From the human T2T-CHM13v2.0 reference genome, Homo sapiens: a stretch of 64,000 bases of DNA. Shown here in pieces: positions 14,246 to 29,659 of this stretch (positions within the stretch are counted from its first letter, which is position 1; every line of letters begins with the position of its first letter). Made by a program: the position numbers and the translations under genes. The stretch lies in assembly GCF_009914755.1 (NCBI RefSeq), contig NC_060930.1, one strand, 5' to 3'. The notes below the pieces were generated by a model. The model was not told the DNA's origin, ran no database searches, and saw only the letters and a list, made by a program, of their open reading frames with translations.

Positions 14246-14986
14246 ATCAAATAAAAATGGTGTTCTATGAAACAAAACCAAACAATGGTTAGCACAGCTG
14301 GCAACTCAAACATAGACGCTTTGTCTTGAGACAACCATTGTATAGCTGACCCGGGAACAACATGGGTTTGAACTGAGCAGGTCCACTTATGCGCAGATTT
14401 TTTTCCATAAATATATTGAAAATTGTTTTGGAGATTTGCAATAACTTGAAAAAACTCAGACAAACCAAGTAGCCTAGAAATATCAAAAAATTAAGAAAAA
14501 GGTATGCCATAAATGCATAAAATATATGTAGATACTAGTATGTCATTTACTATCATAAAATATACACAAATTAGTGATAAAAAGTTAAAATTTATCAAAA
14601 CTTATAAACACAAACACAGACCATATGTGTTCCCATTCCCAGTCAACAAAAATGTAAACAAAAGCAGTAAAGATGCACTGTTAAATCATAACTGCATAAA
14701 ATTAACTGTAGTATATACTGTACTACTGTAATAATTTTGTAGCCACCTCCTGTTGCTATTTCAGTGAGCACAAGTGTTGTGAGTATCCACTTAAAATGCC
14801 ACATGTGCAGTTTGTCTCTCTAGTAAATTTCGTATCACAGTAAAAAGTGGTCTCTTGTTCTTACATATTTTTCATCATGTTTAGTGCAATACCATAAACC
14901 TTGAATAACATTATGGGACTCCTATGAACCGCCACCAATAATGCTGGAAGTGCTCCCAAGAGAAGCAGAGAAAAGTCATGATATTA

Positions 14987-15430
<444 letters not shown>

Positions 15431-17074
15431 TCATAATACTATCACTGCAGTTACACCAGCAGGCATGAAAACATTGTACTTTTTGCAAATATCTTTTTCT
15501 CTTGTATTAAAAATGCAGCTTTTATGTAGGTGCAGGATTGCTATAAGAAACGCATACCTAAAGACCCTAATATGATTTGAAAAAACGCGAAGTCATTATA
15601 TAACAACTTAAAGCAAAGGGAAGATGAAAGATCTAAAAGCTGAAGAATTTAATGCTGGTAAAGGATGGTTTGATAATTTTAGAAAGAGGCTTAGCTTAAA
15701 AAATGTCAAGATAACACAGAAGCAGCTTTTGTCTACCAAGATGAGCAGCAGGTGAGTTCCCAGACGCCATTAAGAAAACCAGTGAAGAGAAAAGATAACT
15801 GCCTGAATAGGTTTTTAGTGCCGACAAAAGTGCCCTATTATGGAAAAAATATCCACAAAGACATTTATTAGTAAGGAAGAGCAAACTGAGCACCAGGATT
15901 TAAGACAGGAAGGGATAGGCTAACTGTGCTGTTCTGTGCAAATTCAGATACGTTGATGATCAGGATGGCCCTTATCCATAAAGCTGCCAACTCCGAGGCT
16001 TACAAGAAATGCTTTGTACCTGAAGTCAGAAAGTACCCTGCCAGTAAGGAACTGCTCTTGGCCACCCAGAACCCCATGAGTTCAACATTGCAGTTGTCGA
16101 ACTGGTCTACTTGCCCCAAACCCAGCGTCTCTAAATCAGTCTCTAGATCAGGGGTTCGTTAGGACCTTTAAGCTTTGTTACACATGGCACTCTATGGAAA
16201 GGATTGTCAAATGCTATAAAAGAGAATCTCAACAGAGAGAACATCGTGAAAGTCTGAAAGGATTACACCACTGAAGACACCATTGTTGTTACAGGAAAAG
16301 CCATGAAAGCCATCAAGCCCGTAATAATAAGCTCCTGCTGGAGAAAACTATATACAGCTGTAGTGCATAATGTCACAGGCTTAATAAGAGAGCCAATCAA
16401 GGAAATCATGAAAAAGATTGTGGATTTGGCAGAAAAGATGGGGGCTAGGGGGCGTGAAGTGTTTCAAGATACAGATCTTGGAGAAATTAAGGGCTAATAA
16501 ACACCATGCCAGAATTAAAAGAAAATGAAGATGGAGATGAGAGCTTTTGAACCAGTGCCAGACAATGAGGAAGAAGATGTAGAAGAAGCAGTGCCAGAAA
16601 AGAAACTGACATTAGACATCTGGCAGAAGAGTTCGAATTATCCTGGACTGCTTTTGACTTCTTTTATGACATGGGCCCTTCTATGATACATGCACTGAAA
16701 CTAAAAAAATGGTGGAAGAATTGGTACCATATAGAAACATTTTTAGAGAAACGAAAAAGTAAAAAGTCAGACAGAAGGAATGATGTAGTTCTGTAAAGTT
16801 ATACCAAGTGTGCCTGCCTCTCCTGCCTCTCCTTCCACCTCCCCCACCTCTTCCACCTCTGCTACCCCACCCCTCCCTCCTCCTCCTCAGCCTACTCAAC
16901 ACGAAGACAATGAGGATGAAGACCTTTATGATGGTCCACTTCCACTTAATAAACAGTAGATTCCCCAAGAACTTAAGCACTAATAGCCTACTGTTGACTA
17001 GAAGCCTTACCAATAACATAAACAGTTCATTAACACATTTTTTAATGTTATATGTATTATATACTGTATTCTCA

Positions 17075-17260
<186 letters not shown>

Positions 17261-17723
17261 TTATATGTGGATTTTTGACTGTGTAGAGAAACCTCTGCAT
17301 TGTAGTTTGGTAGGCAGCAGAAGTTGCTTTATGTGTGCTTCCCATTTCATCATGTAGAATAATCAGAAAGTCATGGATTTAAAGGTTGAGATTTAATAAA
17401 ATCAATAATCTTTACTGCTGCAAGGACATTGTTAAGTACAACTTGTTTTTCTTATTATTTTTTAGTTTTTTTGCAAGAGTGTAGTGGTAAGAAATACAGT
17501 GACTACTAGTGTAGTTTGGTGCCCTGCCTCGATTTGTGTTAAGATGACTTCAGTTTTACTCATCATTGCTTTTGCATTATCATCACTAATGTCAATACAG
17601 TGGAAAAGGCAAATAACATGTTCGTATTATTATAAATACACTTTCGCCTTTGCAGACACTTTGTAATAGTTTCAGGGAACTCTCCTAGTGCTCCATGAAC
17701 CACACTTTAAGAACCACTGCTTT

Positions 17724-18153
<430 letters not shown>

Positions 18154-19025
18154 TTAGGAGCACAAAAGGGCATTTACTACAACCTGTAAGAATTCTGGAG
18201 GCTTTTTTGAGAGAGGGAGGCCTGAGCTGAAGCTCCACGGACACATACGTAAGAAAGGGTTGGCTGTCTAGACACAGAACAGCAAGAGCAAAGCACAAAG
18301 TGTGAACAGGGCTCCCTTCCTTGGTTTTGGTTAAACAAAAGATGCAGTGAGGGCAAGGGCAGGAGCTGAGACACCAAGAGATCCAGAGGGCCTTGGATGC
18401 ATCAAAGAAGCTGAGACTTTTTATCCTTCAGGTGATGGGGAGTTTTTGAAGATTTTAGGGCATGGGAGCGATAGAATTAGAGTTGTCTGTTAGCTCTGGC
18501 ACTCTTAAAAGGATATGTTGAATAGATTTTGGAGGTTTGCATTGGAAAAAAGGAATTCAGTTAGAAGCCTGTGCAAAGTAAGAGATGATTTAATAGAACA
18601 GATGGTCAACTAATTGAACACTCAAAACCCCCATCCATTAATTCAGTCAGAGTATTCTAACTGGTGCACAGTTAGACTCAGGGGACGCAACTTGATATCA
18701 CAGTTAATCCACGGATGCAGACTCAAATGATAAAATGAAAGAAGCCTTACAGATCGTGTTTCTATTATCTGTGTCCTTCCAGACCCTCAAAATAAAATTC
18801 CCATGGCCCCTGCTCAGCTTAATCATTTCCTACAATGATTAGAAAACCGAGAGCAAAGAACAGGGGTAGGAACGGGTCTGCAAGCTATGTTTGTTTTTCA
18901 AAAGAGCATAATTGGTATAGTACTATAGAGATTTGAGATCATAGAATCAGTTGATTTTTAGGGATTAACTATGATGTGCATGTTTCTGTGTATGTGCATG
19001 CAATGCATATGTGTCCGTATATTTA

Positions 19026-19362
19026 CAGTCATACATCACACAATGATGTTTCCATTAACAGCAGACCACATATATGACAGTGGTCCCATAAGATTATAAG
19101 ACCTTATTTTTACTGTATCTTTGCTATGTTTAGATTCCTAAATCCTTACCATTGTGTCACAACTGTCTACAGTATTCAGTTGAGTAACATGCTGTACAGG
19201 TTTGTAGCTTAGGGGCAACAGGCTATACCATCTAGCCTAGGTGTGTAGTACACTACACCATCTAGGTTTGTGTAAGTAAACCTGATGATGTTCACACAAC
19301 AACAAAATTACCTAACAACACATTTTTCAGAAGGTATCCATCCCTATTGTTAAGCAACATGT
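19026..19362 (+). mobile_element. Tigger3a/MER7A-type MITE
   Basis: ta|cagtcat..gacagtggtcccataagattataa..catgctgtacaggtttgtagc.tagg..gttaagcaacatg. Confidence 0.85.
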
Positions 19363-19408
19363 ATTTATAGATTCCGACATTGAACTATGCTGCTACAGCC
19401 CAACCTAA

Positions 19409-19716
<308 letters not shown>

Positions 19717-19729
19717 CTCCATCAACTCT

Positions 19730-20260
19730 TGTCTGGACTTCTGTGATGACCCCTAACTAGTCTCCTTGCTTCCTACCCTTCTTCAATCCATTTTATGCAC
19801 AGCATCTACAGTGATCTTTTAAAAATATAAATCAGATCATATAATATGTCTGCTTTTAATCCTCCAGTGACTGCCTATTCCACTTAGAAAAAAATCCAAA
19901 ATCCTTATGCTGTTTTGCAAAGCTCTACATAACTGGACCTGCCTGCCTGCCTGCCTCTCTGACCTCTTCTATCATTCCTTGCCTTGCTCCACAAAGTCTA
20001 GTCATGCCAGCCTTGGTGTGTTGCTATCTCGGGGCCTTTGCACTAGCAGTCATTGCTATAAGGGATACTATTTCTCCAGAGCCTCACATGAATTTTAGGT
20101 TCTATCAAATTATGAGGAAGCCCTAGGGTAGCCTCTCTGTCAACCCCCACCTCTTGCTCTGTTTCCTGTTCCTCATAGTCTAGCTGGAGCAGCTCCTGGA
20201 ACATTGCCTGGTATGCAATAGGTTCTCAATAAATATTTGTGGGATAAGTGAATGGATGGA
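19730..20260 (+). mobile_element. L2 3' fragment
   Basis: gtgatctttt.aaaatataaatcagatcat ... tgcctgg.atgcaataggttctcaataaatatttgt..gaatggatgga. Confidence 0.8.
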
Positions 20261-20382
20261 TTATAGGTACATTTTCTCTTCTTGTTGTTACTTTTAATGG
20301 TTTTCACAAAACTATAACAGCAAATAATTTCAAGTTTAGAATTAGTTTAGCACCATGTTTTGAATGCCAGATAGCCCGCTGG

Positions 20383-20533
20383 TCCCCCTCCCCTTCCTCT
20401 TCCCCTTCCCATTCCCTTCCCCTCCCTCCCTCCCTCCCCTCCCTCACTCACTCCCTTCCTTCCTTCTTTCCTTCCTTCCTTCCTTTCTTCCTTTCTTCCT
20501 TCCTTCCTTCCTTTCTTCCTTCCTTCCTTCTTT
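20383..20533. repeat. Pyrimidine-rich (TCCC)n/(TTCC)n simple repeat
   Basis: About 150 bp of almost pure C/T sequence. Confidence 0.95.
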
Positions 20534-20622
20534 GTTATTGGTCAGGGTTCTATTCCTTCTAAAACCATGTAGTAGAAATTAAAATTACTTAGAAAGGGCA
20601 TAGATGACTTTCTTTTAACTAG

Positions 20623-21090
20623 TGTTACGGGTTGAAATGTGTCTATCCCCAAATTCACATGTTGAAGTCCTAACTCTCAGAATGTGGCTTTATTTGGAAA
20701 TAAGATTGTTGCAGATATAATTGGTTAAGATGAGGTCACAGTGGAGTAGGATGAGCCCCTAATCCAATATAACCAGTGTTCTTATAAAAAAAAAAAGAGG
20801 GACATTTGGACACAGACACACATACAGGGTGGGGGTGCCATGTGGAGATGAAGGCAGACATTGGGGTGATGCACCTACAAGCCAAGGAACATCAAAGATT
20901 GCCACCAAACCACCAGAAGCTATGGGGGAGGCATGAAATAGATTCTTCTTCATAGCCTCAGAAGAAAGTAACTCTGCTGACACTTTGATTTTGGACTTCT
21001 GACTTCTAGAACTGCGAGACAATAAATTGTTGTTGTTTAAACCACCTGCTTATCAGTAGGTTGTTATAACAGCCCTAGGAAACTAATACA
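20623..21090 (+). mobile_element. MLT1B/C MaLR solo LTR
   Basis: tgttacgggttgaa.tgtgt..aagccaaggaa..ccaccagaagct..ggaaactaataca; TG...CA termini. Confidence 0.9.
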
Positions 21091-21167
21091 ACCTGTTAGA
21101 GGCATCAGTTATGGTTATAGAGCAAGAGAATTCATCTCTACATTTATGAGATAGCAATGTTTCCCTC

Positions 21168-21484
<317 letters not shown>

Positions 21485-21695
21485 TAGAGAAAGAGAGGAA
21501 GAATAAATCATAAAAATCTTGCAATCTGGGGGACACAAATATATAAACAAATTATTACAAAATATGACAAAAACTGTAATCAAGCACAAAGTGCCATGAG
21601 AACACAGTGGCAGGAGCTGCTTTCTGTGCCCAAGGAAGTCAAGGAAAGTTTCAGAAAAGAGATGGCAGTTCATATGGGTCATAAAGGATGTGGAG

Positions 21696-22012
<317 letters not shown>

Positions 22013-22389
22013 TGAGGAACTTTCTAAGTAGAGATGGAAAGAAAAGGCACCGCAGGCACATGGAACAGATTACAGAAAGCCACAGATGTGTAGGAAAACA
22101 TGTAGAGGGAAGTAAGTATCATGTAGAAAACATCTTTTTCCCTCCAGGCACCCACAAATCAAGAGTTTAGGTTTTCTAGTATTCCTCTAACCATTTTGAA
22201 ACTGTTAAAGCAGTAGGATCATTTTCCCCCTAAAAGAAATCTCATCTACCCCAATGTATGAAACAACCTCTTTGGGTGAGGAAGGCCTAGGAGTTTCTGC
22301 GGTGGTTCCTGAGTTCTCTGTGTGAAGTAATGGGCCACTTTGGGAACCAGAGCTTTTAAACAAAACAATTTGAAAGCTGCTGGCTTTTA

Positions 22390-22805
22390 CTCTTTTTAAG
22401 CAGATGTAGGTGGAAGCTGTGGGGGCTATGAAAATGCCGCAGTCAATTCTGCTGCAGGGAGCAGGAGTGACAGATGGGAATCCCCTATAGTGCTTGCTTG
22501 AGTCTACACCCCCTGGGCTGCTCAACTAAGTGCCACAGGGCTGCTAATGCAGGGCTTCTCTGGGGGACTTCGCTGGTGGGCAACTTTGGCCCAAAGACGT
22601 CCCATCAACCTGGCTGAGATTTTCTTGGAACTGTGCTGCCATCCGAGACTGCCTATCCAGCACCCCTTATTACGTCCTTCTCATCCTTCCCAGCTCCCCT
22701 CACTTCCTGCAGCTCCCTCTCCTTTTTCCCTCCTTGGCATTTCCCTCAATAAATCTCCTGCCTGTCTAATCCAGACTTGGCATCTGCAGAGGACCTGATC
22801 TAAGG
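22390..22805 (+). mobile_element. LTR16-group ERVL LTR
   Basis: ttccctcaataaatctcctgc.tgtctaatcc..cttggcatctgc..gaggacctga.ctaa 3' end. Confidence 0.65.
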
Positions 22806-23789
22806 AAATTAAACAAGAGGTCTGCATTATCCTTACCATTGAGTATTTCCAGATTAGCTAACCTAAGAGTTCCAAATTGCACTGATATTGTTGCGATACC
22901 AATAAAACCCAATAAGGAGGAGGAGAGGATTGAGAAAGGAACACCTAGGCATTCTGTTGTGTTCTCAAAGCTTGCAAATTGATCATGAGTGACATCAAAA
23001 AGCTAAGACTGGGCAGATTGAAATACTTGAACAGATATTAAATAGCCAAAGTAGAATTAAAGAATAGTTACTGGAGGCTGTTTTTACACCCACACAACCT
23101 GGCAGATCACTGCTGTACAGTCTTTGTTGCAAAAAATACTACAGAAATATGGTTCTTTGAAAACATCTTCTGTGCCTGTATAAATGACATAGGATCCGGA
23201 GGCATTTCTGCAAATAATATGTTTTCCTGTGCCAGTGTATAAATAGCTGTAGAGTAATGAGAGTAAGAGAAAGTTGCCAAGACTATTGCTACACTGACAA
23301 GAGAAGCAGCAGACTTGGAACTTGCACCATTATTTGCTGCTAGTCCTAAAGTTTAATGAGACTGCACACAAATGTTGTTTTCACATGACCAGATAAGAGG
23401 GCAGATGCTGCCATCTCTGATGACATAGAAAAGGCCAGAATAGGGCCTTTCCAATGTACCTGCCCTTTGGGTGAGGTTTCCCTTCCACACAAGTGCTTTC
23501 CTTCTATAGGAAAATATTGCTTTTTAAAATGATGATCAAATTCAGGCCTCTACAGCTTTTAATGCCATAGTGTCCTGGTGATCTTCCTGGACTGAATTGT
23601 CCTCTCTTGGCCAAAGATACCTCCATTTTTCCTTTCTACCTTTCGGCAAGACTTACAAAAGGGAGAGAGGAATCTACAGAAAACAGGAAAATCTAGGATG
23701 TCCTGGCATACCCTGGAGATTTGCATCACTAAATATGCAGATTCCCTGACATTCCTACAGTGGCCCTTGCCATCAGTTTGGACTTTGAC

Positions 23790-24185
23790 TGTGTCATTAC
23801 TATTGTCTGCATGCCTCTGCAAATTCATGTGTTGACACTTAATCCTCATTGTGGTGGTATTAAGAGGCGGGACCATTTGGGAACAGAGTAAGTCATGAGG
23901 ACTCTGCCTGCATGAATGGGACTAGCGACCTTATAAAAGGGGCTGGAGGGAACCAGTTTAGGCCCCTTTTTTGCCCTTCTGTTCCTTCTATCATGTGAGA
24001 ACACAGCATTCAAGATGCCTTCTTGGAAGGAAACACCAGAGCCCTCACAAGACACTGAACCTCCCTGTGGCTTGAACTTGTACTTCCCAGCCTCCAGAAC
24101 TATGAGGAGTGAAATTTCTGTTCTTTATATAATAAATTACCCAGTCTCAGGTATTTTGTTATAGAAGCACTAGTGGATGGAGACA
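23790..24185 (+). mobile_element. MaLR LTR (MSTD/MLT1A0-like)
   Basis: aaattcatgtgttga.acttaatcc..gtacttcccagcctccagaact..aattacccagtctcaggtattttgttatag. Confidence 0.85.
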
Positions 24186-24187
24186 CC

Positions 24188-24680
24188 ATTCCTTCATTTA
24201 TACTTTAATTCGTATAATAAACATTTCTTGTCAGTTTACTGTGTGCAGGCATGATGCAGTGCACTGAGGATAGCAACGAACATGGCTGGCAAAGACCCTT
24301 GCTCTCTGGTAGCACATGCTCTTGGTGGGAAGGAAGGTGGTAAATATACAACATAATGGGAATATGAGTGATGAGAGGGAGTGACTGGGAAGAGAGTGGC
24401 TATTTTTGATAGGGTGGTCAGGGATGACCTGTCTGAGAAGCTGTCGTGGGAAGACTGTGGAGAATGGGTAAAATCAAGTGCAGACACTTAGCTGGACATG
24501 AACGTGGTCTCTCCATTGGAAAGAAGGCTGATAGGGCTGGATCACAGTGAGCGCAAGAGTGCAGTGGGAGATGAGGTCAGTGTGAAAGGCTGGGCCCAGT
24601 CAGATAGGGCTTTACAGGCCCAGCAGGGTTAGGAGTTTGGGCTTATTCTAAGTGTAAGGGGAGTTCACTGGAGTTGTTAG
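24188..24680 (-). mobile_element. L2 fragment
   Basis: ttactgtgtgcaggcat..; gatagggtggtcaggga.g.cct.tctgagaag; ggagtttgggcttattctaagtg. Confidence 0.75.
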
Positions 24681-27056
24681 TTCTTTTGTTTTGTTTTTTG
24701 TTTGTTTTCAGATATAGATATTTTAAATGTGAGATGTTTCTCTCAAGGATCTGAACACTTACATTTTTTGAATCATCAATTGCCCTGATTTGTTATGGGA
24801 CTTCCTTCCTTTTAGAATGTGTCTTTGTGTCCTCAAAGTCTAGCACATCACCCACCTAGGGTGTGTGAGTGCTCAATAAGCACTGATTAAATGAAATTGT
24901 TATTGAGTATGAGAAGGACAAGGCTTTGGTTAAAAAATAATCAGTGTGAAATATGAATATTTAATAGGTTAGCAGAAGATGGGACCCAAAGGGAAGAAAG
25001 CAAAGAAGTTCTTGTGTTATGACAAGTTCCTAGTGAAGAGATACGAATTGACTACTAAAGTTAATGCAGCAAATTCAGAATACTGAAATTCAAAGTGAGA
25101 CCCAGGAAACAGGCAGAGTTGTAAAAGTGTTTCAGTGACCTCCAGGATGTGTGCCATATTTGTCTTCTCACTGGTTGTGATTTTGTCTCCTTATTGGGAA
25201 GGCAAAGGAACCTGAACCTCTCTCCCTGTTTTGGCTTATTAGAAGGCAAGGTGAACACTTGTCCTTCTTTATGGCCGTCCAGTATGAAACCTTTTCCTAT
25301 GTTTGGATTTTCCCACCTTGTGTCAGTGAAATACAGAATGTACCTTCCACTACAGAAACAGAAGGCTCAGGTACTTGCTTACTCAGTCTCCTCTCCTTAC
25401 AGGTGTGAGTCATGGATTCCACTCATGAAATGAAGTCATGAAGTCAGGGAACCATAAGAAACTCTCCAGTGTCTCAGTATCAAAGGCAGCAGAATGATCA
25501 AGCTTTGGTAGTAGCAGTGCCAGAGGGGCTGGAAGAGCCCAGTGTCCAGTTAGATTGTTGCCTATGCAACTGTCTCTGAATGAGTACTTTTCCTGGCTGC
25601 CGAGCCACACACTTGACTCATCAGCCTTCTTAGCGATTCTGTGAGCCACGTGATAGTCATTCATAAATTCATTGTCTGCTTCAATCAGACAAAGTTTTTT
25701 TCTAGTTTTTGAAATTAAGAACTCTAAATGATCCAGGAATTAGAACCAGAAATGGATTGGTTGCAGACCACAGGGCCTTAGAGAAACATGGGATGTATAC
25801 GGAAATATGGGACTGTTGTTATCTGGCCTGATTGAGGTTGAAGGCAAAGACAATGCAGCTGGTGTGATTAAGGGTTCTTGTCATGATCTAGAGAACCAGT
25901 TAATCAAATTGTCACCTGTGTGCACCTAGACTGAATTGCCCATTGAAGGCCAAGCTTTGGGGAACTAAGAGATCAATTCTATTGAATAATACGAAGGACA
26001 CAGGGAGTTCAATGACTGTGGGATGAGATGGCTTCTCCTAATTGTAATGGATAGCTTCAATAAAAAGAAAAACCTACACAAATTCCTAAGTTCTCAGTTC
26101 AAAGTATGTGCTAAAATCCAGAGGCTTCCTTGGGATCATTATAAGAATATCTTATCTTTTGCTGTTGAAATGTGGAGAAAGTCAAATACAAAATGCACAG
26201 TTTGATCTCCAAAATTTCTGAATTAAAAAGAGTTGAATTCACATCCTCAGCTGGTCTCTTAGGAGAAAGTTGAAGCACTGACTTGCGGGAGAGTGGGCCT
26301 GGAGAATTTGTATGGGAAGACATAGATGATTCATGTAGGCCATGGCCAGGCATGCCTCAGTGAAACCACGAGAAGACCCAGTTACCTAATTCAAAAATAG
26401 AATGCAGCAGTGTGTAATTGCGGAACATAGGAATTTTCTTATATTCCTCTAATATATCCATATTAATGAGATGGACACTTGAATACAAATGTATTCCTCC
26501 ATGTCTCCAAGAGAGTAAGACAGTATAAATGGAAGATCAAAATCCTTACTTCATGAGGACTACTGAGACTACCAACTTTTGGCAAATTTTAAAATTTTGT
26601 TCTTTGCACTCCCGTTTGCTGGTTTAAAAATAAAACCAAGTTAAATAACTTAAGCCAAATCCGAATAATCATTCTTACCAGTTTTCAAACATATATACCA
26701 GCCTTTGTTATCCAACCCAGTTTACTCAGAATATCCTGAATCTTGAATCCCCACTGAGTATCTTTGCTTTTTCTCTCTATCCCTGTAAGTGGGGGACATA
26801 GGGAGTTTGTTTTCATCTGGCAGAGTAAACAATATCCTTTCACCACAATGCCTTAGGGTTATGCCCGTTTTCTGACTTTATCTCAAATTCAGTCCACAGA
26901 ATGTGGAGCTGGTTCACTATAGCTAATGACATTGTACTGATAAACTTGGAAACAGGAAGCAACATGCAGACTAGGTGCCTCGGAAAATCCTGTGTGTCAG
27001 AAGGTGGCGAATAAATTTCATGAAATTATGGGGCCTGTTACCTTAGTAAAATTCCA

Positions 27057-27078
<22 letters not shown>
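27057..27078. repeat. (TG)n microsatellite
   Basis: About 11 TG units. Confidence 0.9.
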
Positions 27079-27087
<9 letters not shown>

Positions 27088-27259
27088 CAGAGACAGAGCA
27101 TGCATGTGTGTGAGAGTGCCTGGAGAATGTTGGAATAGTTTCCACAAAATGAAGGAGAAGTAGCTGTCCATCGCACTTCATGCCACTGATAAAGAGAAAG
27201 ATCATCTTTTATAGGTGTTTTTGAATTTTGGAAATAATACATACCACGTTTGGATCCTA

Positions 27260-27665
27260 TGGCAGACAACTACTAACTGTTTACCAATATGGATTTCTCC
27301 TTTTTAACAGAACCCCAATTCTGTTTGGGCAGCAGTGTATCCAGTTAAAAATATTAGACTCCCTTGCAGCTAGGAATCAACAAGTATCAAAGTCTGGTTA
27401 CTGTGACATGCTCTCTAGATTTCTGGAAAAGGTGCCACCTCTTCCTATCTCCCTCCCTTCTCCTATCTGGAGCTGGGGTAGCCATCCTGTGCCCATGAAC
27501 CCAAAGAAATCAGCTGAGCACAGATCATAAGTGCAGGATGGTAGAGCAGAAAGATAGAAGGATCCTGACACACTGTTGCAATCTACCTCCAGACTCCTTA
27601 GTATGTGACAAAAATCAACCTCTATTTGGTTAAACTATTATGGTTGGATTTGTTGCTCCTTATAC
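27260..27665 (+). mobile_element. Old MLT1 (H/J-like) LTR inserted into ERVL pol
   Basis: tatggcagac..taacagaaccccaatt..ctcccttgcagctagg..ggtagagcagaaagatagaagga.cctg. Confidence 0.7.
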
Positions 27666-28577
27666 AAAGGTATTATATGGACTCATTTATCGGGTGACCA
27701 GCAAGGCTGTTAGCTTTGAGTGGGGCCCACAGCAAATCTCTCCAACTTGTCAAGGCATTGATACAAAGCGGTTTTGCCCCTTGCCCCTTATTACCAGAGG
27801 ATCCAATGATGCTCAAAGTGCTTGTGGCAGAAAATATATCGTATGGACCCTTTGGAAAAGTCTGGTAGGAAAATTACAGGGAAGGTCCTTTGGGTTTTAA
27901 AGTCACATCCCACTGGACAAGTTATAATTCTTGAGAAAAAGCTTGTAACTTGATAATGAATTCTGTTTCTGGGCTCTGTTCCATTAGTCTGTCTATCTCT
28001 AAGCCAATACTATACTCTCTTGGTTTTATACATTTATAAATTCTTGCTATCTGGTGGAGCTATCCTTTCACTTTGTTCTTCAAGAGGATTTTAACTATCT
28101 TGGCCATTTGTGTTTTTACTTAAATTTTAGAATCAACTTGTTGAGTTTCATAAAAAAAAGATCTGTTGGAGTTTTGACTGAGATTGCACCAAATCTATTA
28201 AACTGGGGAGAACTGGCATGTGTATTCCAATCTATGAGAATACCTTGTCTCTCTATTTGTGTAGTCTTTAAGTTCTCTAAAAGATGTTATAGTTTTCTCC
28301 ATAATCTTATATATTTTCTGGTAGATTACTCCTTGACATCTACTATTTTTAATGCTACTACAAATAAGAAATTAAAAATTGTTTATTTTCTAATTATTTG
28401 GTGGCTGGTATTCAGAAATAAGATTCATTATACAGACAGTAATTTTGTGTAAAGCAAATTTGCTAAACTCTCTAATTCTTATAATTTCTCTGGATTCTTT
28501 CAATTTCTCTAGACATAATTTTCTTATCTGAAAAATAATGAAAGTCTTTTCTGACAATTCTTAAAACTTTCCCTTAT

Positions 28578-28778
28578 AAATTAGCTGGGTGTGGTGGCGG
28601 GTGCCTGTAGTCCCAGCTACTCAAAAGGTTGAGGCAGGAGAATTCTTGAACCCGGGAGGCGGAGGTTGCAGTAAGCCGAGATTGCACCACTGCACTCTAG
28701 CCTGGGCGGTAGAGTGAGACTCCGTCTCTAAACAAAAAACAAAAACAAAATCAAAACCAAAAAACAAAACAAAAAAAT
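28578..28778 (+). mobile_element. 5'-truncated Alu (right arm)
   Basis: aaattagctgggtgtggtggcgggtgcctgtagtcccagc ... (CAAAAA)n tail; ttcccttat on both flanks. Confidence 0.9.
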
Positions 28779-29350
28779 CTTCCCTTATTTAACCTGCTCT
28801 TACTAGGAACTAGATTAATGCTAATTAGAGAAGTTTTACCAGAAATCTTTGTTTTGTTTTTGATCTCGAAGGGAATGCTTTCAAAATTTTACCATTAAAT
28901 ATGAGGTTTTCTTTGTTTCCCTATATACTAAGAAGAGGTGTGTGTGTGCATGTGTGTGTGTGTTTGCATGTACATGTGTATTTAAATGTAATAGATGTTG
29001 CCCGATTGCTTTCCCAAAAAGCCGAAATAATTAACATTTCTATCAATTAGCATTTTTGCCAGTGATAGGCATTATAATTCTTTAAAACATTTGCCATTCT
29101 GTTGGGAATAAAAGATACCTTATAATTTTATTTTAATTTGCATTTTCTCAACTGCTAGCAAGTTTGATCTTCTCATACGTTGCTGACCATTTGAATTTGT
29201 CCTCTTATGAACAGTCTCTTCATGTCCTTTGCCAAAGTTTTTGTTTGTTTATTCCTTACTTTTAATTTGAAAGAAACTTTTGCATGGTATAACTAACCTC
29301 ATATGTCCTCTGAATTGCAAGTACTTGTCCAAGCTTATAACTCTTTAAGG

Positions 29351-29659
<309 letters not shown>

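Larger units (their letters stand above)
25270..27950 (+). mobile_element. Ancient ERVL provirus remnant: LTR (about 25270-25734), gag-like and pol-like fragments
   Basis: LTR-like end followed by gaattagaaccagaaatgg (ERVL internal start); WLLLIVMDS gag-like stretch near 26030; IYRVTSKAVSFEWGPQQ (ORF 27640..27900) resembles ERVL RT IYRVTRKAASFEWGPEQ. Confidence 0.7.

Noticed and set aside
25385-25412. Strong-looking acceptor ctcctctccttacag followed by gtgtgagt
   Set aside because: Lies inside an old LTR with no matching exon structure or open frame to support it
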